Positions 45,701-56,800 of a DNA stretch of 64,000 nt are shown piece by piece. The notes under the pieces are model-generated. The model searched no databases. It saw only the letters and a list, made by a program, of their open reading frames with translations, and had not been told where the DNA came from. Every line of letters begins with the position of its first letter. Position 1 is the first letter of the stretch. Source of the DNA: Lama glama (Eukaryota); assembly GCA_028534125.1 (NCBI GenBank), contig CM052822.1:73966001-74030000 (forward strand), written 5' to 3'. Both the position numbers and the translations under genes were made by a program.

Positions 45701-46539
45701 AGCCTAGGCCCGTCACCCCTCCCTGGTCCCAATGCCCCAGTCCTACCTCATCATCGTCATCCAGCCTCACCCGTTTCAGAGCTACAATCTCATGAGTCTC
45801 TCGGTTTTTTGCCTTGAACACTGTTCCGTAGGTGCCTAGAGGAAGGAGGTCAGGGGTGAGGGAAAGGATGGGGCACCCTTCCCCAAACCAGGAAGTCCCT
45901 GCCAGGAGAGCAGGCAGTGTGGGAACGTGTTACTTCTGATGCCTGGAGGAGTAAGGGAAGAGATTCAGGGTGTAGGCTCGGCATGGAACAGTTCTGTGGG
46001 GAGTGGGGATGTGGCAGAAAGGGGCCTGCAGATAGATGGCTTAAGGGTGTGTGCAACAGGGAGAGGCTGCTGCTGCCAGGGTAAAGAGGTCTATAATAGA
46101 GGCTGTGCTTCTGGAGGGCCTGGAAATAGTGAGCAAGGGTCTGGAAGAGGAATGAGGGCCAGCAGGAACGTTGAGGTTGAGGTCTGCAGCGAGAACTGAG
46201 GCTAGGCAGTGGGTGACGCTGGGCAAGTGGTGCTGAGGATAGGGGTAGGAAACGCAGGGCGTGCAGAGGTCGGGAGGTGGGTCTACAAGAAGTGCTAAGG
46301 ATGGGAGGGAGCGTCTATGGAAAATGCTAACAGGGGGAGGATTGGTGTCTGCACAGAGTGTTGAGCTTGGGGCCAGGGCTGCCGCCAGAGCTTGAGGTCA
46401 GGGTCCCTGGGTATTGCTGAAGGTAGAGGAGTCAGGGCTGCAAGGAATGCTGAAGGGTCTGCAGAAGAAGATCTTGCAGGAACATCTCGTGGTCCCCATT
46501 ACCTTCCCCAATCTTCTCCAGTTTCTCGTATTTCTGCAT
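42745..46539 (-). CDS. CDK5: Cyclin-dependent kinase 5, 12 coding exons, 292 aa
   Basis: Minus-strand exons 46539-46503, 45835-45747, 45655-45588, 45449-45389, 45291-45235, 44569-44474, 44332-44258, 44097-44001, 43817-43748, 43174-43114, 42998-42918, 42831-42745 total 879 nt. [23 protein letters not shown] helix, [14 protein letters not shown], ends SDFCPP. Intron 9 is AT-AC. Confidence 0.98.
43175..43747 (-). other. CDK5: U12-type AT-AC intron (CDK5 intron 9)
   Basis: Donor ATATCCTC, branch TCCTTGAC (43193-43186), terminal CAC. Removal restores [15 protein letters not shown]. Confidence 0.94.
44880..45000 (+). mobile_element. LINE-2 3' tail
   Basis: CTAGAACTGTGCCTGATACACAGCAAAGCATTCAGTAAGTATTTGTGGAATGAATGAATGAATG is the characteristic L2 end. 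Confidence 0.7.
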
Positions 46540-47000
46540 CGCGGCCGCCGCGCGGGGACCCTTGCGGGCCCTGGGTTCTAAGACTCCGGGCCCGGCGTTG
46601 CAGAGGAGGCGGCACCCCCGCCTCCGGCTCTGCCCCGCCCTCCTGCCTGCGCATGGGCTTCTGGGGCTTGTAGTCCTAGCCCTCCAGGTTTCCCTGTAAT
46701 ACCCAGGGCCTTAGACAACATGAAGACTACAACACCCAGCAGGCTGCGCTCAGGCTCTCTGCAGCACTCGCCTCCCGGGACTCTTGTTCGACCGCGGAGG
46801 CAAACCTTGGACTTCAAATCCCAGGAAGCACCGCGTGTCCGCTTCCCCGGCTCCCCGCCGTCGCGCGCGGCTCCCAGTGTGCCCTGCTCGTGCTGTTCCT
46901 TTCAGTGATTACAACCTTATTTTGAAAAAGGCCTCTCCGGGACTACACATTCCAGAATGCTGCGGGGGTGGGGGTGGGGGTGGGGTGGGGCCCTTTCCAA
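46500..47000 (-). promoter_or_regulatory. CDK5: CDK5 CpG-island promoter (divergent from SLC4A2) with GC box, NRF1-like TGCGCATG and several ZNF143-type motifs
   Basis: CpG-rich DNA immediately 5' of the CDK5 ATG; GCCCCGCCC at about 46632; ACTACA-N3-CCCAG-like motifs. Confidence 0.75.
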
Positions 47001-48099
47001 AACCTTTTTGGGTTTTGGCGGCCTGCATCACGAGTCCAGGTGGCCCTGCCCTGACCCTGGTTGATGATGTTGAAGTCCCAATGTCCTCCTGAAAATCTCA
47101 GCGCGACTTTCCACCTCTCCCTAGGCCATCTGGTAACCTCAGGATTGGCTGGGGAATGGCTCTGAGCCATGTCTTGCTGATGATGACTTCACAGGGACCA
47201 GCTGACCACAGGGCTGGAAAGAGGCAGGTGTGCCCCATTAGAGACCGGATTTACCGTAGGCCAGAGAATTCTCTTCTGGGCCCCGTTTGTTGACTCCAGC
47301 CGTTTGCTACATTCTGATAGTCCGAGGAAAGTTGGCTGGAGCACTAGGAGTACCTCTCTTCCCCTCCCCATACGAGTCTGCAGAGCCTGGACCCAGTGGA
47401 GTCAGCCAGGGTGTGGCTGAGGGCTAGTAGGTTGGTTACCGCCATCAACAGACAGAAGCACAGACAGATGCTACACTTGAAGCAGCCTTGACCTCATCCC
47501 TTAAGGAGTTGATTATAGATTTTCTTGCGGCTGCTCTCTAATTGTCTCATGATTGCATTCTTGAGGGCTGTGAACTGATGAAAATTGCCCCTAAATAGCA
47601 CTCCTCAGCTCCGGAACCAGAGTTGTTGCTAGCATTTGTTAATTAACTCGTTTATATCTGAACATCTTATGAATACCCAACACTGTGCTCACTCGGTGGC
47701 ACACTAAAGAAAAGAAGCAAAACGTATGTTCCTTATCCAGAAGAATTTATAGTTAAGAAACCCAGAAGCACGCACAGAGATCTTTAAATGACAGATGATG
47801 ACTATGAATAGGGTTTGAGGAGGGAGGTCACCGGAGGGAATCTCTCCGAGGCAGAAGATCCCCGGTTCGGAAAGCCTACGTCAGCCCAGAGTAATGGGCA
47901 TCCAGCCTCCAGCCGCCATCACCCTTATCGCCCCCCTCTACTGTCCTCCTGGCAAAGACAGGGTTTTGGAGGCGCTGGAGATACCGGGGGTGGAGGCGAG
48001 AGCCGCGGGTGGGCGAGAGAGAATCTTGACCCCGATACATTTATATTTCAACTTCCTCCGCCCCTAATTTCCTGATCATCTTTGTGCCTCCGTTTTCCT

Positions 48100-48800
48100 G
48101 CCTGGGATCCTCAGTGTGAGGCGGGCCCCTTTCCGCCCAGAGGTGTATAATGGGCCCAAGAGACGGCCTCCCCAGGGCGCCCGAGCCCCGTGCGGGGAAG
48201 CCTCGCGGGACCGCGGCGAGGGACTGGGGGGGCCGCCTCCTCGGCGCTGGGCTCCGGGAGCCGGGCAGTGCCTGGAAGCGCGCCTCCGCCCCCGGGTCTC
48301 GGCCCCCGCTCCCCGCCTCCCTACCCGCGGCGACGGGGCCGCGCACGGTGCGCCGGGGGGCGCGCACGCAGGGGGCTGTCCTGCCCGCGGCGCGGGGGAA
48401 AGTTGAGTTGGGAGAAGTTGGGAGCGGCGGGGGCGCGCCCCAAGGTGGGCACGGGGGAGTCGTCGGGAGCGCGCGAGGGCGCCAGAGAAGAGGGAGAGAC
48501 CCGGAGACCCCGAGAGTACGAAGTCCAGAGGAAGCGGGTAAGCGGAGAGGTGGCGGCAGGGGAGGGCCAGGGCCGCGGAGGGAGGAAGGGAGGGGGAAGG
48601 AAAGGGGGGAACTTGGGACTCGGAGCGGGGAGGGAGTGGAAGTGCAGGAAAGGGCGGAGACTGGGGCGCGGAGAAGCGAGATCTTGGGGAGAAGGATGGG
48701 GAGGCGAGCGAAGTGATTAATGATCGCAAGCGGGATCTAGGGTCCTCTTAGAATTCCCTAAAGCGAGGGTGCCGCGCCCCCTGCCACCAGGAGGGGGTAG
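48100..48800 (+). promoter_or_regulatory. SLC4A2: CpG island / AE2a promoter with probable non-coding exon 1 (donor GCGG|GTAAGC at 48538)
   Basis: Very CpG-dense, TATAAT-like element at about 48146, strong donor. The next acceptor (50746) precedes the ATG exon. The transcription start cannot be placed from sequence. Confidence 0.7.
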
Positions 48801-50809
48801 TTTCAGTGAGGCGCGCCGGCCCTCCCAACTCCTGGGCGAGCTCCAGACGACATCTGTCCCCTGCGACCCCCTACTCTGTCCTTCGCTCGTTGGGGGCGCC
48901 CTGCCTAGGGGGTTGCCCCGAGCCTCTTCCCCTCGATCTAGAGGTTGGGAGGCGGAGCCGGGAAGGGGGGTGGCGGGTCGGGTCAGGACAAGGGGTCAGG
49001 CAGAGGAGGGAGCAGCTGGGTGGGGATGGGAAAGACGAGCCTGGAGAGTTCGACCTAACTCCTGGGGGGCTGGCTTGTCTGGGTGGGGAGCGCTCTGTGC
49101 TGGGTGTGGGGGCGGCGCTATCTGCAATCCAGAATCCATCTTACCCTCCTCCCCTTTGCCCCCCCCCCACCGCCAGCCCCACTTCGAGGAACTGTGGAAT
49201 GTGCAAATTCACTTGGGGGCCGTTAATGCCCATGTGGGGGTCCAGAGTGCTAATCCCTTGGGCAGGGGTATAGATGCTAATCCTCCGGGCCGGTCGGGGC
49301 TGGTCCCCGGAATGTGCCCCCACCCCGGATTATCGGCACCCGATGCTCTGGACAGAAGCTGCTTTGTGTTCTGGGACCGTGGGGGAGGGGGAGGGTGTGC
49401 GGAGGTAAAGGGAGGAGGGGAGGATGGAGGAGCACATTGAGGGCACAGCCTGGAGGTGGGAGTGGGGCACTTGCAGGTACTCAGGACACTCCTTCCCAGA
49501 CCAGGTTTCCTCCCCCAGTGCCCTGGCTGAAGGCCTGCTAGGGGGAGGTTAGGAGAGCGGTCAGCTGAGTTGCAATGCCTGCCAGGAATGTGTCTCTCCA
49601 GGCTCCCCACCCTGGGCTGACCCCCTAGACCTACATTGTTTGACCCTACACTGACCTGTTTTATCCCTGAGTTAACCCTAAATCCAGTAACCCTGACCCC
49701 CCCAACAACACACTGGAGAACTTCAGTACTTTTGGAATCACAGAGTCTTGGGTGCCCTCTGCGCTCCCCCCACGAGGAATAGGTACCCCAACTGGCTCTA
49801 GTCAGGTCCCTAACCACAACCTTTCTGCCCTCCTCCCCGCATAGACAGTGTCCTTCCCAGATGCCCCTACAGTCACAGTCAGGAGGGCATCAGCCCTGTC
49901 ACTCAGATTTTCCTGGCCCCAGGCTCAGGGAGGGGAGGGATTGGGACAGCCCCTGAGGGGCAGAATTTCAGTGTCTCTGTGCCCACCCTCCTCCCCGTCG
50001 TCACGTGCCCCTCCCCCATTATAAAGCTCTGCCCTGCCTGTGCCGTCCTCCCTTCCTCCCTCCCACTGAGTGAGTGGAGTTGGGCTCCTGTCCCTCCCCC
50101 AGGGAGCCTCCTCCCCCTCACCTTGGGGCCGGGCTTTCATCAGGGGAGGGGGCACATGACACCTGCCCCCTTGCTTGCCATTTCGGGCTCTTTCCCCTCC
50201 TTGCTCCACAGGGTGTGTCACTCCCCCCAGCACACCCCTCTCCGGTCTCAGCCCTCCTCAGTGTGCTGTGCCACCACTCCACCACCGCTACCGCTCCTGT
50301 TTCTGGCTTGCCTGTCTTCCCTCCTTCCTCTGTTGTCCCCTCCCTGATCTCTGCTGCTTTTTTGGGTCTGGGCCTTGACTGCTTTCTGCCTTTTTTCCCC
50401 CCAGCCTCTCCCACCCCCTGTTCTCTCCCCCCATCACTCTCCTTCCTCCTTTGGCCCTTTGTGGCCTCCTGTGCCTCAGTCTTGCCCTTTGTTTCTCTTC
50501 GGTCTTCTCTTTTCTCCCTTTAAGTAACTTTTTTGCCCCCCCACCAAGGGTCACTCGAAGACCCTTTCTGGTCCAGGAGGATCGTGCGCAGCCAGGAGAC
50601 CCCTTGCAGCCAGCAGGCTTCTGAGAAGCTCTGGTGCCCTGCCCTCCCCTGGTCTGGGCCTGGGCTCGAAGGGCTGTACAATGTCAGGGTGCCTCCACTG
50701 GCCTGACCCCTCTCTCACTCGGTGATTGGTCCTCTCCCCCGCCCAGGTTATGCCGCCGCCTTGTTGCCCTGAAAGCCACAGCTACAGCGAGAAGGGCTAA
50801 GGTTTGGCC

Positions 50810-53800
50810 ATGAGCAGCGCCCCCCGGCGCCCCACCTCGGGCGCAGATTCCTTCTGCACTGTGAGTATTGCCAGCTGGCTGGGCCACCCTCCCATCCCTT
50901 TCCACCGGTGCTCTGGCCAAGGGTGAGGGTCTGCATCAAACAGGGGTATGCATGTGTGTATGTGCTTGTGTATGTGTGTATACAGAGACCTGGGAGGGAA
51001 GCTGGTGATGGACTTGGGAGGGACACTGCCATCCCTATTGGGGCCTTGCATAGCACACCGGGTCTGGGACAGGAATTGGTGGAGTGTCAGGCAGCTTCCA
51101 GTCCTTGGGAAGGAGTTGAGGCCCTATTTCCTGAAGACCCGGGCGGTTGTTCAGCCTCTGCAAAGGAGGAACTTTGGGAACCCTGGGTCTCTAACCTAGG
51201 GACATCACCCCCTCCCACCAACTGGGTCTTAGAGGCAGGGGCAGTCGGCTGCACGGAGTTTCTGGGCAGACCGCCCCAACCCCCGGCCCCACGTGCTACC
51301 CAGGCCCGCCCCTCCTGGCCCCCACGTGGCCAGCGCCCCACGTGGCCCCCTCCCGATTTTCCTGGGAAGGATAATGATTAACCCCGAGTGCCATAATCAG
51401 CCTGTTATTGGTCACTTTGGCCCAACGGGGCACGTGACCGGGAAGGGGCGCCGGCCAGTCCCCTCCCCCCTCCCCCGAGTTCACCCCTGCCGGCCATGGA
51501 CTTCCTTCTGAGGCCTCAGGTGCGAGGGGTTCGCGACCCCCCTCCCCCACCCCGGGCTGGCTCCCTCCGCGCTCGCTTGTTTCAGCCGCCTGCCGCCGCC
51601 TTCCTCCTGCGGGCTAATTCTGGTGAGAGTGGGGCCCAGCGCTTGGGGGGAGCTGGGCTAGAGCTGTGGAGGTGGACTGGGGAGAAGCACGCCCCGACTC
51701 CTGCATCTCCTTGCATCCAGTATCTCTGCCACCCCACCCCCAGCTGCTCCTGCCCCCACCTTGGTATCTCCCTAAGGCCCGCCCCTCTTCCCAGCCCACC
51801 TCCCCTTGCCCTTCCTTGCGCTAGTACCCCTGCCCTTGAAGATCTCGATGCCCTTCGAGTCCAGAAGCTCTTGAGCAAATATTGGCGGTGCCTGGAGCTG
51901 AGACCGGCAAGGGGTGGGTGGCCGGGCTGGATCAAGGTCACAGGCTAGGCGGCTGGCCGCTTAGCTAGGCTGAGCTCTCCAAAGCGCCACCGCAGTCCCG
52001 CCACCGGCTCCTGCAGTATGACTCAGGTGGGGCAGTGGGGGTGGGGCGGGGCGGGGCTAGGCAGTGGCTGAGGGCCCGCACTCCATGGGGGAGGGGCCGG
52101 TGGGGTGCCCCTGCTTCCAGCGGGGGGCCTCTCCTGATAAGACGAAGCGCTACATCCCTGTCTAGGAGCTGGGCTCCAGTTTGATTCAGACCAAGTCCAT
52201 CTCAGTTAGCTCCAGCACTTCTGGAAGTTAACTGTTAAGGCTCATTAGTTGTCTCCCAGCTGAGGAGTCATGTTCACTGTCAGCTGTGTGAACTGCCCAG
52301 GTCACACACTTGGCCTTGGGGGTGGGCACACAGGGTCTCTGCTGAGGCTTCCAGGGCAGACCCTTTCCACCTGCCCTGGAACTGACTGGAAATGGCACAG
52401 CCAGGGTCCAGATAGCCCAGAACTGAGGGCACAGGCTGCTGGGGCTGGGTGCTGAGTCCCCTGCATCTGAGGCGACAGGCTGTTGGGGAGAGTCTGGGTC
52501 CCTGGCATTGGAGGGGAAGGCACTGGGGGGTACCAGAAGCCTACTGTGAGGCAAGGTGGGGTTTTGAGGAACAATCCCTCTTGTGTTCTCATCACATTTC
52601 TTCCTCACAGCCAGAGCCAGAGAGCTTGGGCCCTGTGACGCCTGGCTTCCCTGAGCAGGAAGAAGACGAACTTCACCGCACCCTTGGCGTGGAGCGGTTT
52701 GAGGAGATCCTCCAGGAGGCTGGGTCTCGAGGAGGGGAGGAGCCAGGCCGAAGCTATGGGGAGGAAGACTTTGAATGTGAGGGGCTCAGGGAGGCAGGGG
52801 CAAGCGGGAGAGGCGGCGGGGTGCTCTGGCTTGAGTGCCCGGTAGGGATTGAGCTAGGGGCCTGGTGGGAGGGGCTGGGGTTGGATAGCTGGGGAGGGAA
52901 GCTGTACCTGCCGGCAGCCAGGTCTCCTCCTCCCTGCAGACCACCGCCAGTCCTCCCACCACATCCATCACCCACTGTCCACCCACCTGCCTCCGGATAC
53001 CCGGCGCCGAAAGACGCCCCAGGGGCCAGGACGGAAGCCTCGCAGGCGCCCTGGAGCCTCCCCGACTGGGGAGACCCCTACCATTGAGGAGGGCGAGGAA
53101 GAGGAGGATGAGGCCAGTGAGGCTGAGGGGGCCCGGGCGCTCACCCAGCCATCCCCTGCCTCCACACCTTCTTCAGTGCAGGTGAACGGGGGCAGGGCTC
53201 CTGAGGATATCGGCAGGGTCCCTGGCGTGGCATCACCTGCTCACACGGGTCCCTGTTCTAGTTCTTTCTCCAGGAGGATGAAGGTGCTGACCGGAAGGCA
53301 GAAGCAACCAGTCCATCTCCTCCTCCACCACTGCCCCACCAGGAGGCAGCTCCCCAGGCCACCAAAGGGGCCCAGACTGGGTAAGTGTCCCCAAACAGAG
53401 ACCTCCCCTGCTGGCATCAGTGAGGTGAGGTGGGAAAAAAAGCATGAGCCTCGAGATCATCAGACTGGGGATCAAATCCCAGTCCTGCCAGTCAGTAGCT
53501 TTTTGGGCAAGTAACAGTGTCTCTGAGCCCCGGTTTCCTCATCTATAAACCAAGACTAATAGAATCTTTCTCATAAGGTGATAGTCAGGATTAAAGAGTG
53601 GTGGGAATGAAAGTTGAAGTATGGTTTAGCCTGGCACAGAACAAATGTGCAGTTTAAGCTGCTTCTTCCCACCCCCACCATCCCCCTGCCCATGGCTTCA
53701 GGTTGAGCAGCGTCAAACGCTGGATCAGGGACTGGCGTGGTGATCTCCAAGCACCTCCTAGGGCCCCAAGAGTGTGAGATCCCTTCTTGCTCTGGGGGAG

Positions 53801-56800
53801 CTGCCAGTCCACCCTGGTTGTCACTTCATGAAATGGCATCCAAACAAGTTACTGTGCCACACAACCTGGCATGGTATGGTGTGGGTACCAGCAGGTGATT
53901 GGAGTTTGGGGATTTTGGCTAATAAAAGCTTCCTGGAGGAAGTCACTTTGAACTAGGCCTCAAGGTCACTACTGTCACCTCCCTGTTGTTTTCTAGGTGC
54001 CAGGCAGTGTGAAGAGCTTGGGGAAGTGAAGGGCATGTTGTCCCTCTAGGGTGGCACAGACTTGCTGGGGGACAGGCACTGTGGATGGAGCTGGGTCCAC
54101 GCTAGCCATCTGCACTGGGGGCACAGACCTGTGGGCGGCTGGATGGCTAGGAGGGAGTAGGGGAGCCTCAGAGCACGGCACTGGAAAAGTGGGTCAACTT
54201 TGTGGGCAGGGGTGTGAGCAGAACCAAGAGCACAGAAGGTGGGTGTAGGCAGAGAAAGGCTGGCAGGGGAAGGACTGGCAGTGGGCAGGGGACATGGCTT
54301 AGAGCTGTGGGAGGCGCCAGATGCCAGGAGAAGGATTTAGAATGATGTGGCCAGGACAGGGACCCATTGGCAATGGCAGAGAAAGGAGGCATCCTAGTTT
54401 GGGGGACGGGACAGAAGTCGGAATCTGTAAGGGTGTGTGTGACGTGGGGAGGGGTCTGCGGTTTCAAAGGCCCATTTCCATGTTCTTTACTACATTTGGT
54501 TAGAAACATGGGACTCTGTGAACCTCAAGTCCATTGTTAGGGGTATGCCTGGGAGGGGGGGCAAGCCCTGCTCTGTGTCCTTTTCTGGACTTCGCCTCTC
54601 CCCACACCCCAGAAGGCTGGCCTCAGCTCCATTTTGCTGCTGAATTTATGTTCCGAGTGGCTTGTGAGGTTGCTTGGGTGGCCCAGCCAGTAAAGGGTAG
54701 AGCTGGATTTAAACACTGCAGTCTGCTTCCAGAATCCTCACTCTTTCACATCCATACCTACCTACTGAGAGTGGGAAGTGAGGAGGGCTGGGATCCAGTG
54801 GAGTCCCCTTCCTGGGTCCCTCCTGCGTGGCTCCTGGCCGAGGGGGAGAGGCCAGCCCTCTCAGGCTCACGGCTGCTTTGTCTGTCCAGAGCCCTGGTGG
54901 AAGAGGTGGTGGCGGCAGCTGGTGGCACAGCCGGAGGTGATGACGGAGGTGCCTCGGGGCGCCCCCTGACCAAAGCGCAGCCTGGACACCGCAGCTACAA
55001 CCTGCAGGAGAGGAGGCGCATCGGAAGCATGACCGGGGCTGAGCAGGCCCTGCTGCCCCGGGTCCCGACGGATGAGAGCGAGGCCCAGACACTGGCCACA
55101 GCCGACCTTGACCTCATGAAGAGTGAGTGCTGGGCCCTGGCCAAGCCTGGAGAGGGTGGGTACGGAGGTGGGGGTAAGAGAAAGGGGCACTTTTGATTCT
55201 GTTCCTCCACCCCGCACAGGTCACCGTTTTGAGGATGTTCCTGGGGTCCGGCGACACTTGGTGCGGAAGAATGCCAAAGCATCTGGGCAGAGTGTCCGGG
55301 AAGGGCGAGAGCCAGGCCCCACACCTCGGGCCCGGCCCCGGGCCCCCCACAAGCCCCATGAGGTGATTTCTCCGCCTCACGCTCTTCTATTCTCTTCCTA
55401 TCCCTCTTCTCTCCACAGCCCACCCCTTGGACCAGCAGTAATCTCAAGCCCCAGGGTTGCCATAGACAGTCATGAAGCTTGTACACTACACAAGAGTGCA
55501 ACGTGCACGTCTTCGACAGTGTTGATTTTTTTCATTGAAAGATAGTTGATGCCCAGTATTGTTAGTCTCAGGTGTACAACATAGCGATTTCGCATTTATG
55601 TGTATTATGAAACGTTTGCTACAGTGAGTCTAGGAACTGTCTGTCCCCAAAGTTCTTACGGTGCTGCTGAGTGTGGCCGTTCTGGTTCATATCTTAGCCG
55701 TGTTGAATTCTCTATCACGGCTGTCTTCCGGCAGCTGGCAGTGAGGGGTTTGAGGACTGTTTGGGCAGAGGCGCCTTTGTGGAGCATCGCACTTCATTTT
55801 TCAGAATCCAGTCACCTCTGCGCTCATCTGATCTCCCCACAACCTGTGAAGATGACGGCCCAGATGGCATCAGCCATAAATCAGGGGCAGTGACTGGCCA
55901 AGGCCACCCAGTTACTTAGTGACATTGCCCATCTTAGACTCCAGGGCCCTGGTCCTGAACTCTTACCCTTCTAGTGGAATTTTTGTTTTAACCTTTTTAT
56001 TGTGGTTGAACAGACAGTAAAATTCACTCGGGTTAAGTGTGCAGCTCCGGGACGCTTTGCACATGTAAATACCTGGCCAACTCTACCTAGACATAAAACA
56101 CTTCCTACCCTCAGAAAGTTCCTTCGGGCCACTGCCTGGTCAGCATCCTCCAAGGTAACAGCTCTTCTGTCACTCTCAGTTAGTTTTGCTATTTCTTGAG
56201 TGCATATAAATGGATCCCCACAAAATCCCAGAGTGTGTGTGTGTGTGTGTAGTGAACATTCATCAAACACTCACTGTGAGTCACGTACCGTCGTAAATGT
56301 TTTGTGTGTTTTTAATCCCCATTACAGCCCTTTGAGGTGGGTGATCTCAGACGAGCGAGAGTCTCAGGTTGGTTAGTAACTCACCGGGCTCTGTGCCTAT
56401 GCCCCGGGCCCTCCGGGGTTACAAGCTCCATCCTGCTATGCCCTCTCATCCCGCCCCAAGGTGTTTGTGGAACTGAATGAGTTGCTGCTGGACAAAAACC
56501 AGGAGCCTCAGTGGCGGGAGACAGCGCGCTGGATCAAATTTGAGGAGGACGTGGAGGAGGAGACAGAGCGCTGGGGGAAGCCCCACGTGGCCTCCCTGTC
56601 CTTCCGCAGCCTCCTGGAGCTCCGTCGGACCCTGGCCCATGGTAACCTGTCCTGCCCTCCTCCCTTGCCCATCCCTGCCCCACGGATTCCCTTTCCTGAA
56701 CCCGTTCTCCGAGGACCAAATGGTCCCAAATTTGTCTTGAGCAGCAAGGTGTGTAATGTCACCAGAGCCCAGGAGGGAGCATCTCCTGTCGTGATGTCAC

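Noticed and set aside
48041-49440. Several 170-220 aa ORFs in the SLC4A2 CpG island
   Set aside because: Arg/Gly/Pro-rich frames typical of CpG islands; no splice or domain support.
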